From: Hormiphora californensis
Taxonomy: Eukaryota; Animalia; Ctenophora
DNA length: 64,000 nucleotides
Reading direction: 5' to 3'
Assembly (NCBI GenBank): GCA_020137815.1
Contig: CM035350.1
Coordinates: forward strand, 2,604,001 to 2,668,000
Shown here: positions 27,143 to 41,500 of the stretch, piece by piece
How positions within the stretch are numbered: position 1 is the first letter of the stretch
Layout: each line of letters starts with the position of its first letter
Program-made: the position numbers and the translations under genes
Notes under the pieces: generated by a model
Told to the model about the DNA's origin: nothing
Database searches by the model: none
What the model saw: the letters and a program-made list of their open reading frames with translations, nothing else

Positions 27143-30100
27143 TCTCTATTATAATTTGGGAATTGTCGCGTCGGGGGGGGAAGTGGGTGGTCGTTCGTTT
27201 TTCTGGCGGTATCTAAGCGACAGACTGTGCTCCTTTAGCAACTTTGCGCGCCCACACGCGAAGTGCGTGTAATGCGAACGCAAACGTGCGCGCGCGTTTT
27301 TTAAAAAACCTCTGTCGCGCGCGCCTCTCAGTGAAAACATATCAAAAAATTTCAATTTTTCCGAAACAAAACTTTTTTCACTCAAAATTTCAAAAACACA
27401 AAAAGTCATCCTGTTTCGTTTTAAACATGCCCAGACACCGACATCGATTACAAACAACCTACAACAGCGAAATCTTTTAAACATCGGGTGCAGCCCAATG
27501 TTATCGGACAGCTTCTTCTTCTCCGAATGTGAGGAGATGCCGCACCCCTAACCATCCAGAATGTGCTGAATTAATATTCTTTTTAGAAATTGCGACGCGG
27601 GTGAAAAACCAGCTTGCACATGGCAAGCGCCGTGCACGACCAGACCAGCACTGACCGTAGATTGGAATTTGGTGAGTCCCGCCGAGCACAGTATAGTGAC
27701 TCTTTCCGATAGCATTAGCGATAGCGATAGGAAGTAATAAACATTGTCCGAAAGAGAGAGTTATGCTGAAAACGCTGACACTTTAAATCCACCAGGAACA
27801 ACGCGAGCTGTGAAAATGCCAGGGGGGGGGGGGGGGGGGGGGGGGAAATACTGATAATGAGGCGCGGAGGCAATACCGTGCAGCTAATGCCGACAGTATC
27901 ACGGAGTCTCGGAGGGATACACACGTGCTACACTGCTGACGCACAAAATGAGATCAAAGGCAGTATCATGCGGCTATGCACTAAGTATCAATGCTACCTG
28001 GGGGGACGGGGGGGGTGTACGGGCGTCCTGTTTTAACAGAAGATCAGCGTATTGCACGAAAACCGCCGGTGTCGAAATGAACAGAGACGAGCCCGAGAAG
28101 GCGTCGTGTGTTTTAACTTGAACAACTTGAAAGGTGCCGTTTGATATCATAACCGCCCCGACCCTTTTTTTTTTTTTTTTTTTACTACAGGTTTACGTGA
28201 TAAGCCTGCACGACAGCGACTGTGGTGCTCTGCTATTTGAACGTGTGAGTTGGGAAAGGAGCGACACGTGTTTGCAGCAATGCAAGACACTGTCTTATCC
28301 CTACTCCTTCCATTTTTGGAAGCCCTATCCAGAGGAGCTTAGGACCTATTGCTCGGTATAAATACCCGACCGCCGCGTTTACTGTTCACCCCCGTAAAGT
28401 TCATGACTTTATAGAAAGACTTTAATTCGGCATTCGTCCTTTTTGCTCTATGAACTGTAACGACAAGACAGAACTACTGGGCCAGGTCCATATGTGTTCC
28501 GTGTTCACGGAGATATTCGATACTGTGTCAGTACCCTTCACGATTCAATCCCGTCGTACTGCCAGTTGTAATGTCCCTTTGTGGCAGTGGGGTGCTGACA
28601 AGCACGTGTGAACGAACCCTTTTTAACACTGGTTGCGCAAAGAGCCCTCATGTCGGTTTGGTCTCTCAGTGTTTGTTAAATGTTTGATAACCGTATAGAG
28701 CCCCCCTCATTTGCGAATGCAGACATTAGCGAGATATGAAGGCACGTGCCGGGTGGATTACTGAATTCTAAATCAGTCTTATGTACTTCCGCCGAGGAAA
28801 GCGATCCGAAGAGATACAATTGAACCAATCCATGAAGGGATGTTGGCGCTGTATTTGATGGTAGCTCGGGATTGCCAAAATGCCAGATTTACAGTTTAAA
28901 TCCCGAATGCTGACACTGCTCTCGAGTCTATTTTAAAAAGGACTCCTATGTCCAACTCATGATGACGCCTTCTGTGGACCCACTCCACCGTCGCAACCTG
29001 TTGATGAGTTACACCGGGTGACCTGGCCGACATACACGACACAAGTTTGACACCTCACAAATGTGGGTTGTTGTGTTCGACCTGGTTGTCGATTAATACC
29101 CGGTGTTTCTTCGTAACGTGACCCTACTAGATACACGTTTGACTGTTAAAAGTATTAGTCCTGATTTTGTCCATGTTTCATTTGATCGTGTGGTAATAAG
29201 TCTGTTTCTGTCCTTCGACAGATGTTTAACAGGTGTTGTCAATCTGTCCCCGTTCCTCTAGCACTCAATTCCCTTATGGAAACTTGATTTCTCTTTGATC
29301 AAATACCATTGTAGTCACATCTTTTGGACCCTATGATTTACACCCCTTTATTTCCCCAAGGTGAGCAGGGGTGGAATACCGATATCCACCGACGTAACCG
29401 TGGCAAGGTTACTGAATTTGTAAACTTTGCTCAGTATCGCACTGCTTTTAGTCTACACCATTTCTCACCATTACACTACAGTAGAAACGTTTCACAGTTG
29501 TTGTATTGTCAGGTACGAATTCGGGGAAGTCCTGCGAGGTTGGTTATTGCGCAGTACTAGAGGCAAGGATAATTTCAGCTACGTAAGGACACTGCTGAAG
29601 TTTTATATGGAACTCCGTGAATCCGTAGCAGATAAATCCTACTGGACTGTTCCTGCTGGCGTCCCACCTGTACATGCCTTCGTCCTTCCAGGAGGTAAGC
29701 GCTGGATGCAGCAACAGTACAGTACTCAATGGCCCATGACATCAAGTTTTTTCTAACCCTGATTCTATTTATCACGTTTACATGCAACCCCAAACACCCT
29801 GATATTGTAAAAAAATCTCGGTAACGAGGGATTCCAGTACAGAATTGAAGATGGTAACAACCTCCACTGTCCATCGTGTGAGCAGTGACACACCCCTTAC
29901 TGCGGTCGATATGCCCTGATATGTAAGCAGCCGCTTTTAACCTCCCATTTAAAAAGAGTTTTCATGAGGAATTAATGGTCGCTTTTTGGGAGAGCAGCAA
30001 GCTGTATCTGGAGTTATTGAGTTTCAAAGAACGTGCCTTCTCACACCCACATTGGGTTGTCTAGAGGAGGCGGCTACAAGTTCATAGCTGTAGAGCATAT

Positions 30101-32470
30101 CGATAAGTCTATCCGGTGGCTGACATTCCTGACCCGTCAGACCTGATACATAAATTGTTACTCGTCTATGCTCCATGAGTGTAGTGATACAAGGTTTGTA
30201 AGCAGACGGGAAAGTGCTCCAAAGATTTTTCCGAAATGTTTTCCGATGTGACTACGTTTAAACAATGACGGACGTGTTTCAGTACAAACGTCCCTGATAA
30301 CGGTAGAAACTGTTTTGTTAAGAATGGTAAAGAATTCCAACAACAGCCCAAGGTGTTCCTTATAACCCTACCTCCTTTACAAGTTTTAATGCTCATATCA
30401 ATTGTTGAGGCGTGTATGTCCTGTAAAGACCATTAAATACATGGTTTAATACACCACAGGGTTATGATTGTGCCCAACATTGAAAAGTCGTCCCGTGATC
30501 AGGTTGACGAAATAATAAAGAAGCTTGTTGACTTGCGATTTCAGTGCTCCACACCGAAGCCTTATGTGCCGTATTAGGGAACTGTCTCTCTGGCCTCGAG
30601 AAGCCATGCTGTACAACGACTCGCTGTTCACCTGCCGAATCAGGAAGTTTTGTGACTTCTCAGGGACAATGAAGTTACCCGAAGATGTGTTTGGGATCGA
30701 CAACAAGGTTACAACACTACCCATTGGTTTCACTAAATGCTAAGGATATGTTGCCCGCAGTACCTGTACGTAGAGATACCCTATCACTATACTTATGAGC
30801 GTGGCTCAGGCTTACACTAAGCGTAAGAATAAATATCCGGGGATTCCTGACTCTTTGAAACATTTATCGCCCCGTAATGTATTAGTTACCCCCCGTGAAC
30901 CCTTGATGATAGCGATCTTACCTTTCGTTTTAACTTCTCACCTCCGTGTGGAGGGGAGCGACCTCTTTTTACAGATTTGAGAAACGTATAATGATACTCG
31001 TTTCACGTATCAACTTTTGAAGAGGCGTGTCGTGCCGTTTGGTCCTCTTGGAGTCCAATGATGAGTGGTTCATGTCTGTGCGAGCAGGCCTAGTGTTACA
31101 GGGGGGGGGGGGGACAATGCCTGCCCAACTCTCCGGGTTCCTGTTTTGTGACTTTTATTTGGCCAACTGCACCCCCCTGAAGCCAAAGACATTTGTGGGT
31201 TGGTTCACAGATGACCTCAGTGAGGACTATGTGCATTTTCACGGTTTGACACAGCGGAAGCTTCTCCAGGGCACTTTATGAATGAACAACCTACTAATGA
31301 GAAATATTTACAGGGTACCCCTATCTAATTTTTAAAATTTGAATCACCGATTTTATTGCCGCTCTGGAGGCATTGCATAATAAACAGCCGGATACGAGTA
31401 TGACTACATGTTAGATGCCGGAAAGACGCTTGGACATCTTACACAGACGCAGCGTATTATTTTGCAGATACGCTAAGCCGAGCTCGAACTCATATGGTAA
31501 TGTATGTCGTTGGACCGACCCAGCTATCTTTCATTTACCCTTCCGGTGGCTGTGGAAAACAATCTACCTGGCCCACATTGTACTACCTACTTAACAAGAC
31601 AGAGGCCTTAAGTTTGGACATTGTGCATTGACTGGATTGCTGCCACTCTAGTTGGAAGATGGGTAACTACTCATTCCATGTTCAAGTGACCTGTTTTCCA
31701 ATCCGTGTAGTCTGTATGCGATGTTAAACCTCTCTCCAAACAGGCAGCAGTATCTTCGATCTCTGATAAGTATGACTTTTTCATTTACGAGGCGTCCATG
31801 TCATCACCGCGCGTTCATGCCCTTCTGTGCCCAATAGATGTTTCTCGCTCGCGGGACATCACTGGCAACTGTGTCCCTTTTGGGGCAAACTAATTGTTCT
31901 TGGCAGGTGATTTTTCGCCAGACCCCCTTAACCCGTGACCCGCTAAGCATCTGTTTAAAAGGTGCATCCATTTAGAGACAACTGTGGGCATTCCATTCCC
32001 CACTATGGGAATTCATGTGAAACCCCTGGAATTAACGGTAAATGTTAAGAGCAGATTCCGTCTGACGAGTCTAAAGATGGCTTTTCAGCTTGGGGGTGAG
32101 GTACTCTGTGTAGTACCCATCCGATGCCACCAGGATGCAAATTGACATCCCCCCTCAGTGCCAATCGTAACTGTGATTGTTGACTGCTGTTTTTCCTGAC
32201 TTTTTCTGTTGACAGGACCGCTCTGTCTTGTAACACCTCCCTCAATCAGGATATTGAATCCATAGTTTGACAAGATCAAGATTCCTGAAAATCTTTGAGC
32301 CTAACACATATCTCCCAGACACGGCAACTATTGCGATACCAGTGCGTCTGAGGACGACTCAACGAAATGATCTAACTATACCTCATCAGTCAGTTTGCTC
32401 TAAATAGTGTTCACACCCAGTGGATGCCGTCACCTATTCACTGTCACACAAGCATGAAAAGAGGCTTGCC
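27143..32470 (+). mobile_element. Autonomous-type Helitron (Rep HUH nuclease + PIF1 helicase), error-riddled, 3'-truncated
   Basis: 5' end A|TCTCTATTATAAT. Motifs read across frameshifts: CGALLF (~28220), NSAF and GPYVFRVHG (~28420-28510), FPQGEQGW (~29350), LFITFTCNP (~29765), VIEFQ..HxH (~30013), VPYNP..FNAHIN (~30355), AVHLPNQ (~30620), P-loop remnant (~31545), TGIAATL (~31632), EASM (~31789), PFG..GDF (~31875-31915). Confidence 0.9.
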
Positions 32471-32520
32471 ATATCCTCTCTCCTAAATCCTCCGCTAATG
32501 CAACTAAACTGAGAGGATAT
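32471..32520. other. Probable degraded PacBio SMRTbell adapter at the palindrome axis
   Basis: ATATCCTCTCTC..TCCTCCG...TGAGAGGATAT resembles ATCTCTCTCTTTTCCTCCTCCTCCGTTGTTGTTGTTGAGAGAGAT in both stem halves, the TCCTCCG core and length, and lies at the symmetry centre. Confidence 0.65.
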
Positions 32521-35500
32521 GAGTAGGATAATCTCAGAAGATTTACACGATGCTACACCCATTTTTTCAAGCTTGCACAATCAGATGTGTCGTCTACAGT
32601 TCGGTGGGCCTACTCCCAACACTCGCGGGCTGGGCTGTTAACTAACATATTTAGATACTCGCTCTTGGTGCCTTAATGGAGGTTTAGTACAATATTGTGT
32701 CGTTACTGTCGTCCCTCTCAATCAGACATGTACATCAATACTTTTCGGTAACTAACTCTCTGGGAGAAGATGTTAGGACTCAAGCATTTATCACGTACAA
32801 TCTTTATCATTCACACTTATTCCCATTCCTCTGATTGTGATACTGGTAGTGTACTCATGTTGTCTGTAGATAGGCCGTGGTTTCCTGGCAACAACAACCA
32901 AAAGAGTCACAGGGCGTGTGTGAACACAATGCAGTCACAATATCACATGTACGATATGATTTATGCTCAATTCATTCTTAGTGACAGGGGGGATGTCGAC
33001 ATGTGCTGCATCCTGGTGTGGGCATACTGATCTACGTGGACTATACTGTCACCACAGAGTAAATCTCCGTAATTCTACATCAACCAAGCCGGCAAACATG
33101 ATTTCAAATCTGTTAAACAATACTCTGAGTTCAGGAGGATCTGGCACATATCGTCCGCGCGTCTAACATCTCTAAATTCGCTGTGTGTAACTGTGAGGGA
33201 GTCCCAGGGTATTCAACTCTAGAGGTATTGCCATTAAGATGTGGTGGTAGATGTGTGATTTCACATTCTCGAATATGCGCCGTTAACTATGGATTTACAG
33301 AGGGTCACCACTATAGGTCGGTCCTGGGTGCGAGTTATTCACTCTTTTCGACTGCAAAGTGTGGACACATTTATAGGTCTTGTTGCCTCCAAAAGGTGAA
33401 ATGAACTGATTCACGTGAATAGTCCCCGACTGATAAATCCCGCTATTGCCGAAGGGCATGAAGGGGGATCATTGCCGTCCCACTACGCTATCTAATGAAA
33501 ATTCCTCATCACTCAGTAATGATCGAAGCATTACGCTGCCTGTTTGGCTACGAGGTACACAGGTTCTCTAACATCGTGCATACCAGTGCGTATGCACGTA
33601 TTTGTGATACAGGTACATGAAACATGTGGATGAGTAGTTTACCCCATCTTCCAACAGAGTGGCACATCCCGTTCTCCTACTACCATGCATCATTTCCAAA
33701 TTACAGCTCTGTCCCTTTACAGAGTGTTATACATACACAATTGTGTTTGTCTGTTGGCCACAAGGAATGTGTTTTTGCCACACACACCGGAAAGCGTAAA
33801 TGAATGTATCTAGGACTGGGGGTGTACGGTCCAAACAACATATACATTACACATAATCGAGTCCGCAAAGACTCGTGTGCCTTTTGTTGCCGGTAGTGCT
33901 GGAAAAAAAAATAACACATAGGGACTGGTCTGTGTTACACTGGCATGCTGTGTCCCACAGCGTCTGTCAAGCAAATCACTATAATCAATGTGTCATACTC
34001 GACTCTCGGCTTTATATTATAGCAATAGCACTCCTCAGAAAGACCACGGCATAAAATCGGGTGGTGTATATCATAATTCAAAAACTTAGATACGGGGTAC
34101 ACCTGTAAATTTCTCATTAGTAGGTTGTTCACATACATCCTAATAATCGTGGCGCTGCGAGACGCTTCACGCTTGTGTCAATCCGTGAAACTCGCCACCA
34201 TAGTCCTCACTGTGTGGAGGTCTCCTACTTCGAACACTAACCCAATCCTTCTACAATGCGTTATGTGGCTTCAGTGTTGGTTCGCAAGTTGGCGCCAATA
34301 AAGTCACACAACTCAGGAACAACCCGAGATATGGGCAGGGGCATTGCAGTAAACCAGACATGGCCCTCCTCCAGATCAGTGTCGAAACCACTCCATCATT
34401 TGGATCCTCCAAGAGACCACGGGTGGGCAACGGTGACACGCCTCTTGTCAATCTGTGTGCTACAGGTAAAAACGGTCAATCATTTACACGTATCTCAATC
34501 TTTTAAACGAGGGGTCGCTCCCCTCACGACGGGAGGCTAGAAGTAAACGAAGGTAAAATCGCTTTCAAGGTCACGGGGGGTAACATAATACATGTGACGG
34601 GGGGATAATTTTGTTCAAAGAGTCAGGATCCCCGATATTTATTCTTACAGCTTAGTGAAGGCCCTTTGCACGCTCCTAATAAAGTATTAGTGTCAACTAA
34701 TGGTTTATAACATATCATATACAGTACAGCCACTATTGCCGCAGGGTCCAAACACTAATCCTTAGTCATTTATGATGAAAACCAGGGCTGGTTATAGTCT
34801 TGATACCTTGTTGTCGAATCCCAACAATCATCCTTTCGGGTAACTCATTGGCCTCCTGTAAGTACACACAACTTTCCTGATTAGGCAGGTGAACACCAGC
34901 GATTCGTTGTATCAGCATCGTAGTGCTTCTCGTGTAGCCAGTAGACAGTTTCCCTGCTGGCGGGGTACTAGCATCCACTATATATTAACATATATATCCT
35001 AAGAACCGCCGCTTAGCTTTCGGGAGCCTCTCTGATATTCTTAATCTGCAGGGTCATAGCCACACATATACAATTACAAAAACAATAGTACGTAACAACT
35101 CTCATATCCAGGGATCAAACCACAACTTCTTTTTCTTTTTATATTTCTTCAGAACCTGATCCACGGGAATACTTCTTCAATGTGGGCACAATCATAACCT
35201 CTTGTGGATGTATTTACAACATGTATTTAATATTGGTCTTTAGATACGAGACATCAATCACACGGAACCTCAACATATGATATGAGCATTAAAAACTTGT
35301 AAAGGAGGGTAAGGGTTATAATAAGGAACGCACATCATCATGGGCTGTTGTTGAATTCTTTAAACCCTTTAATCTTATAGATTCATTTACCATCTTAACC
35401 AACGAGTTCTAATTTCTACCGTTTATCTAGGACGTTTGTGACTGAACAAGGCGCCGTCCGTCATTGTTTAAAACACGTAGCTCACAAACAATCGGAAAAA

Positions 35501-38500
35501 ACATTTTTTTCCTTCGCGGAAAATCTTTGGAGATGGGCACTTTTTGGAGGCACTTTCCGTCTTGCTTACACACCCACCCCATTGACCAACCTTTTGTATC
35601 CAACTACACTCCACATGGAGCATTTAGACGTAGTAAACACTTTTAATGTAATTCAATATTCTAGTTCTGTTAACGGGGTCCCCAGGAATGTCATCAGCCC
35701 TGATATAACTTATTCGATATGATGACTCTAGCAGCTCTGAAACAACTTGTACCATCCTTTAGAAGCCAAAAAACCCGCAATGTGGTGGGTGTGAGGAAAG
35801 GGGCCACGTTTTTTGAAAACGCAATAACTCCAGAACAAGCTTGCTTTTGCTGCTCTCCAAAAAAGCGACCTTAGGTCCCTCATCTAAAACTCTTTTATAA
35901 AAGACAAAAAAAAAATTTAAAAAATGGAGGTTAAAAAGTTAAAAAAGCGGCTGCTACAAATTATCTCAATCCCCAGATCACAGGCGCATGATCAGATATC
36001 AGCTACCATCACAGGCCTATGAGTCGGAAGACAGAGACGCAGTAAAGGGGGTGTGTCATCCACTGTTCTAACATTCAACTCTGCTCCACAACACGATGGA
36101 CAGTGGGCAGGTTGTAGTAGTACCACATCTTCCCATTCCTGTACCTGGAATCCCTGCGTTTAAAACGTTACAACACAAAAATAACACGAGATTTTTTTAG
36201 TTACAATATCTAGGCAATCTAGGGTGTTTGTGTTGTTTTATTGGGGTTGCCATGTAAACGTGATAAATAGATCAAGTGTTTTTAAGAACACTTGGGCTGT
36301 CATGGCCATTTGAGGAGTCCTGGTACTCATTACAAATTGTTGCTGCAAAGATATAGTTCCGTAGACAGCACTGATTATATTCCAGCGCTTGTACCCACGA
36401 CACACCTTTACCCCTATCCTCCACACCACCTTTTACCGTGTTACACCCATACCGTTACCCCCTCCTGTGAACAGAGAGGACGAAGGCATGTACAAGTGGG
36501 GAACTGAAGACGCCGGCAAGACAGTCCAGGGTACAGGATTGTATCCTCCTCATCTGCTCGGATTTCGTGATGTTCCCATTATAACCTTCACGCAGTGTCC
36601 ATTACGTAGCTGTCCTGAACTTATCCCTGCATCTTAGTACTGGGCCGCAAATTAACCCAACGGGCCAGACTTTCTATCGATTTCGTACCTGACAATCTAG
36701 AGCACAACTACTACTAACATACTGTTGAAGAAACAGTTTTCTACTGTTAGGTGGTAACTGGTGGTGAGAAACGGAATGGTTTGATTAAAAAAAGCAGTGT
36801 GCGAAACTGAGCCAAAGTCGCCAATTTTCAGTAACCATTGCCTCATGATTCGGTTTACGGACGATCCTGGTGGATATTCGTGGTAGTTAAGTAAGTGTCC
36901 ACCCCTTTGGCTCACCATTGGGGGGAAAAATAAAAGGGGGGTAAATCATAGGGTCACCAAAGGGGGGGAAGATGATTTTTTTTTTGTGACTTACACAATT
37001 GGCTTTATTTGACTCAAAGAGAATCAAGTTTCAAAGGGAATTGATGCTCCTAGAGAACTTGACAGATTTGCCCACAACACTTGTTAAAACGACCGGTCTG
37101 TCGAGGAAACAGAAACATACTTATTTTTACGCCTCATAACAGACTTTATTAACATTTTTACACGATGAATGAAACATTAGGTATGGACAAAATATCTACA
37201 TCACTAAGTACTTTTTTTAAACAGTCAAAAACGTGTATTAGTAGTGTTCACGGGTCACGTTTAGAAACAAAACCCGGGTATTAATGACAACAGTCGAAAA
37301 CACAACGAACCCAATTTTGAGGTCAAACTACATTTGCTGTCGTTGTATGTCGGCAGGTCCAGCCCGGTGTAAATCATCAACTAGGTTTGGGCGTTTGGCG
37401 CCGGTGGAGTGGGGGTTCCACAGAAGGGCGGGTCAAATCACTGATGTGATTGGTACATAGGCGAGTCGCATAGGAGAAAAGTCGTTTTAATCATTTTGTT
37501 TAATAGACTCGAAGCAATGTTCAGTTTCAGCATCGGTATAGAACTGTAAAATCCTGGTCTGCATTTTTGGCCACATCCCAGAGCTACCCACTCATCCAAA
37601 TAACAGCTGGGGGTGGTAGCTAGCTGGTCTGCCTACATCCCCTTCATGGATTTGTTCATTGTTAGTATCTTCTTTCTCCTCCTTGGCTTTCATTCTTCGG
37701 ACTGGCTTCCTCCCGTCCCCCGCTTATCCCTCGGGGCGGAAGTACCTAAAGATCTGATTTAGATTTTCAGGTATCCACGATCTACCGGCACGGGGGGTGC
37801 CTTCATATCTTCGCTCCAAATGTCTGCCATTTCCGAATGAGTGAAGTCCGGCTCTGATAATACGGGGTTATACAACATTTGGTAACACACTCGAGAGAGA
37901 ACCAACGACAATGAGGGCTCATTTGGTAGCAACCACTTCATGTTGAAGAGAGTTGAAAGGGTTGTTCACCGTGCTTGATTTCTTCAGCACCACACTGCCC
38001 TCAAGGGAATATACAAACTGGCATGACAACTGCGTAATACCGGAACGACGGATTTGAATCGTGAAGGGGTACTGACACACAGTATCGAATATCCTCCCGT
38101 GAAACAACACGGAACAACATATGGACCCTTCCTGGGTGGCCCCAGTAGTCCTGTCCTTCGTTACAGGTTCATCAAAGCAAGGCGAATGGCCTAATTAAAT
38201 AAACATAGTTTCCTAATAAAGTTCTGAAACTTATACGGGGGTGGAAGAACAGTAAAAAACGCTGGGGGTCGGTATTATATACCCCGAGCAATAGGGAGTC
38301 TTAAGAGGCAGAAAGCTCCTCTGGGATAGGGCCCTTTCCCACAAAATGGAAGTAGTGAGTCACTCGGGTATCATAGTGTCTTGTCTTGGCCATTGCTGCA
38401 AGACGTGTCGGCTCCTTCCCACGTCACTCTTCCCCCCAACCTCAGACCACACTGTCACGTTCAAATAGGCAGAGCAACCTACGCACAGGTCCTTTTCCGT

Positions 38501-41500
38501 CGCAGGGGCTTATCACGGTAAAAGAACCTGTAGTAAAAAAAGGGTCGTGGGCGGTTAAATTATAATATATCAACCAACGGCCACCGCAACAAATCAACGC
38601 CTGAGACAATCGAAATCGGCGGCCAACATAACCCCTTTTTGTTCCTTCCAAGTTGTTTCCAAGTAAACAAAAACACAAAACAAACACGACAAACACGAGG
38701 ACCGCTCTCGAGCTCGTCCTCTGTTCATTTTCCGCAACTGGCGTTTGTCGCGTCGTGCAAATATAATACGGCTGCTCTTTTCTTCTTCTGGTTAAAAAAA
38801 CGGAGGCCCGTACACACACACGCGCGGGTAGAGGGCATTGATACTTAGTTGCCATTAGTAGAAGAGTAATAAGGTTAAGCGAGGCGGCCGCAATGGGATA
38901 CTTAAACTCTACCTGCCTTTGATACTCCATCTTTTGTTGGCGTCAGCAGTGGTAGCAACCTGGGTCTTCTCCTGTCTCTCTTTTCTTCCTCTATTCTGTT
39001 TCTCTCTCTTCTCCCTTCTCGTCTCTCTCCCTCCCGAGTATTCTCGTTGATACTGTTCTGGAGCAATTTAGCTTGCAGCGTATTGCCTTTTTGCCTCCGC
39101 AGCTCGCCTCATTATCATGTATCTGGTCGCTCTTGGGCATTTTCTTCTTTCCCCAGATCCTTCGCCGTTTTGTCCGTCCTGGTTGGAATTTAAAGTGTGC
39201 AGCGGTTTTCCAGCATAACTAATCTCTCATTTTCTTCGTTTTTAACTCTCCACTTCCTCTCTTTCAAGCCTTCGTTCTCAGCTTCGTTCGGGGCCAACTG
39301 TGATTATGTTACTTCGCTCTAATCTGGCTAACTACTCCTACCATCCCCTTCAGCCAAATCACCTACATCACACCGCTCATGCTATCGGAAGAGAAGGTCA
39401 CTATACTGTGCTCGGCTGGGACACACTTTCTTTTTTTTTTTCTCATTTTTGTCCTTTTTCCCTTTTCCCAATTCGATTTTCCAATCTACTACTTAACGGT
39501 TCATGCTTGGTCTGGTCGGTGGGCACTACCCGCGCGCTTGCCATGTGCAGCTGGTTTTTTTCTCCTTCATTTCTCTTTTTCCCCCCCTGAGCCCTTTCAG
39601 CCATTCGTTTCCCCCACACCCATTGCTAGTAGCACATTTCTTTTCCACTCCGTCCACCCCCCCTCCACCATTCCACATGCCACCTTCCCACGCGGCGTCG
39701 GCTAATTTCTAAAGAATATTTATTTCAGGTCAGTTGGCACATTCTGATGGTTATCGAGTAGGTGCGTGGCCAATCTCCGCCTAGCGCTTCATCACTCGGA
39801 TAATACGAAGTGAAGTGGTACACAGCCGCTGATCGGTATAACAATTGTGCTGCACCCACTACACGATCTTGTTTTAAAACAAAAAAGATTGTCTGTTCTG
39901 CTGGTTGTAGGTTGTTTTTGTCATCAGGAGATCGGGTGTGGGAGTCGGTGTCTTGGCTATTGTTTTTAAGAACGAAAACCGGAGCAGGATGCTTTTTTTG
40001 TAGTGGTGTTTATGTTTTTTGAAATTTTTTTTTGAGTGAAAAGAAGTTTTTATTAACGGCAAAAAATTGAATTTTTTGATGTTTTTTCAACACTGTCGAG
40101 TACCCACGAGCACGGGGGCGCTGGGGCGCGGAGGTGTTGTTATAATAACGCGCCTGCGTGCGAGCTACTGATCTCGGGACTGTTTTGCGTCGCATTACCC
40201 TGGGCACGCTACAGCACTTCATTGTCGCTATTCGCGTGTGCACGCTTTGTCTCCGAGAGCAATAAGTTTGCTTGAAAGGGCGTCTGTCCGCTGTAAAGAT
40301 ACCTAGCTGAAACGAACACGAAACGAACCACTACAACTATTCGACGACGACATCGATCACAATACTTTAATATAAGGAGATGGTTTCCCCACCACTCTCC
40401 TCCCTTCTCGCCGAGACAAAAAAAAAAAAAAAAAAAAGAATATTCTACTTCTATTCTATGTACGCCCCTATCAAAACAGAACTCACCCCGTACGCTATCT
40501 CTCATCGCTCCTGGTCTGGTCAAACTTCATCTTTTCTCAGTACCCCCCCGCATCACGCCCCGATCCAACACGACCCAAAACTCCATCCTAGGCTACGTGG
40601 GCTTTATAGGCTTTTCCTCTACGTTTGGCTTCTCCTAGCGCCTCGGCGGCAAACGATCGTAGACAATCCCCTGTAGCCCCCTGTTAGTCCCCTGACTTCA
40701 TCTAAAACATATTGATTGAGACCCCAAAGTTATTAGTCTCTCTAATAATCTCTCCATAACTATTGTTTTTAACGGAAATAAATAATATCTATTACACTTC
40801 AATTTTGATTCCACCGACCTAAATATTTGTATCTCTCCTAACTCGCACTGATCTCAGAAAACTCCATCATAAGATATATCCAAATAACCTACCCTAATTA
40901 CCTAAATAACTCTCCAGCCCACTCTGATAGAGAACAATGTAGGAACAACGTGAGGAGGAACCTAACTCGTGTGCCGCTCCGAAATAGGGTTTATAGGAGG
41001 AGAGTCCGCACCCTAAACAAAGTGCCAACCCCCATCGTTTCGCCTGGGTTTTTTAGGTCTGATGGCCCTTTTTTTATTTATTTAAAAGTTTTTTTTAATC
41101 AATATATTAACATTTTTTAAAGTTTTTTATTAGATATAATGAGGAAATTTTTAAAGTGGGTATAATTTTGAGTGTTAATTAATATTTTATAAGTTAACAA
41201 TTAATTATTTTAAATTTTTTTAGGGCGGTTTTGCTTCTATGCTTAGAGACCGTAGCCCCCTCGATGTTGTCGTCAAAAAATGGATTCAATTCTTTTCTTT
41301 CTCCCCCTCTTTCCTGACTCCCCTTCTCCGTCCCATCCGTTATAACAGCGTCTTGCCTTTTATAGCTCCTATGTGGCTAGAAGTATGAACTGGGAGGTCA
41401 TAAAACGGAGTTCCCCCTATTCCCGCGATACCTAGTTTCGCCCTTGAGTGAAGTCATATCGCCAATTATATGGTTGAGAAAGATATAAGAATGCCCCCCT

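Noticed and set aside
32521-40390. A second independent Helitron insertion in opposite orientation
   Set aside because: Flanking non-Helitron DNA is mirrored too, the axis resembles a sequencing adapter and the differences are indel noise.
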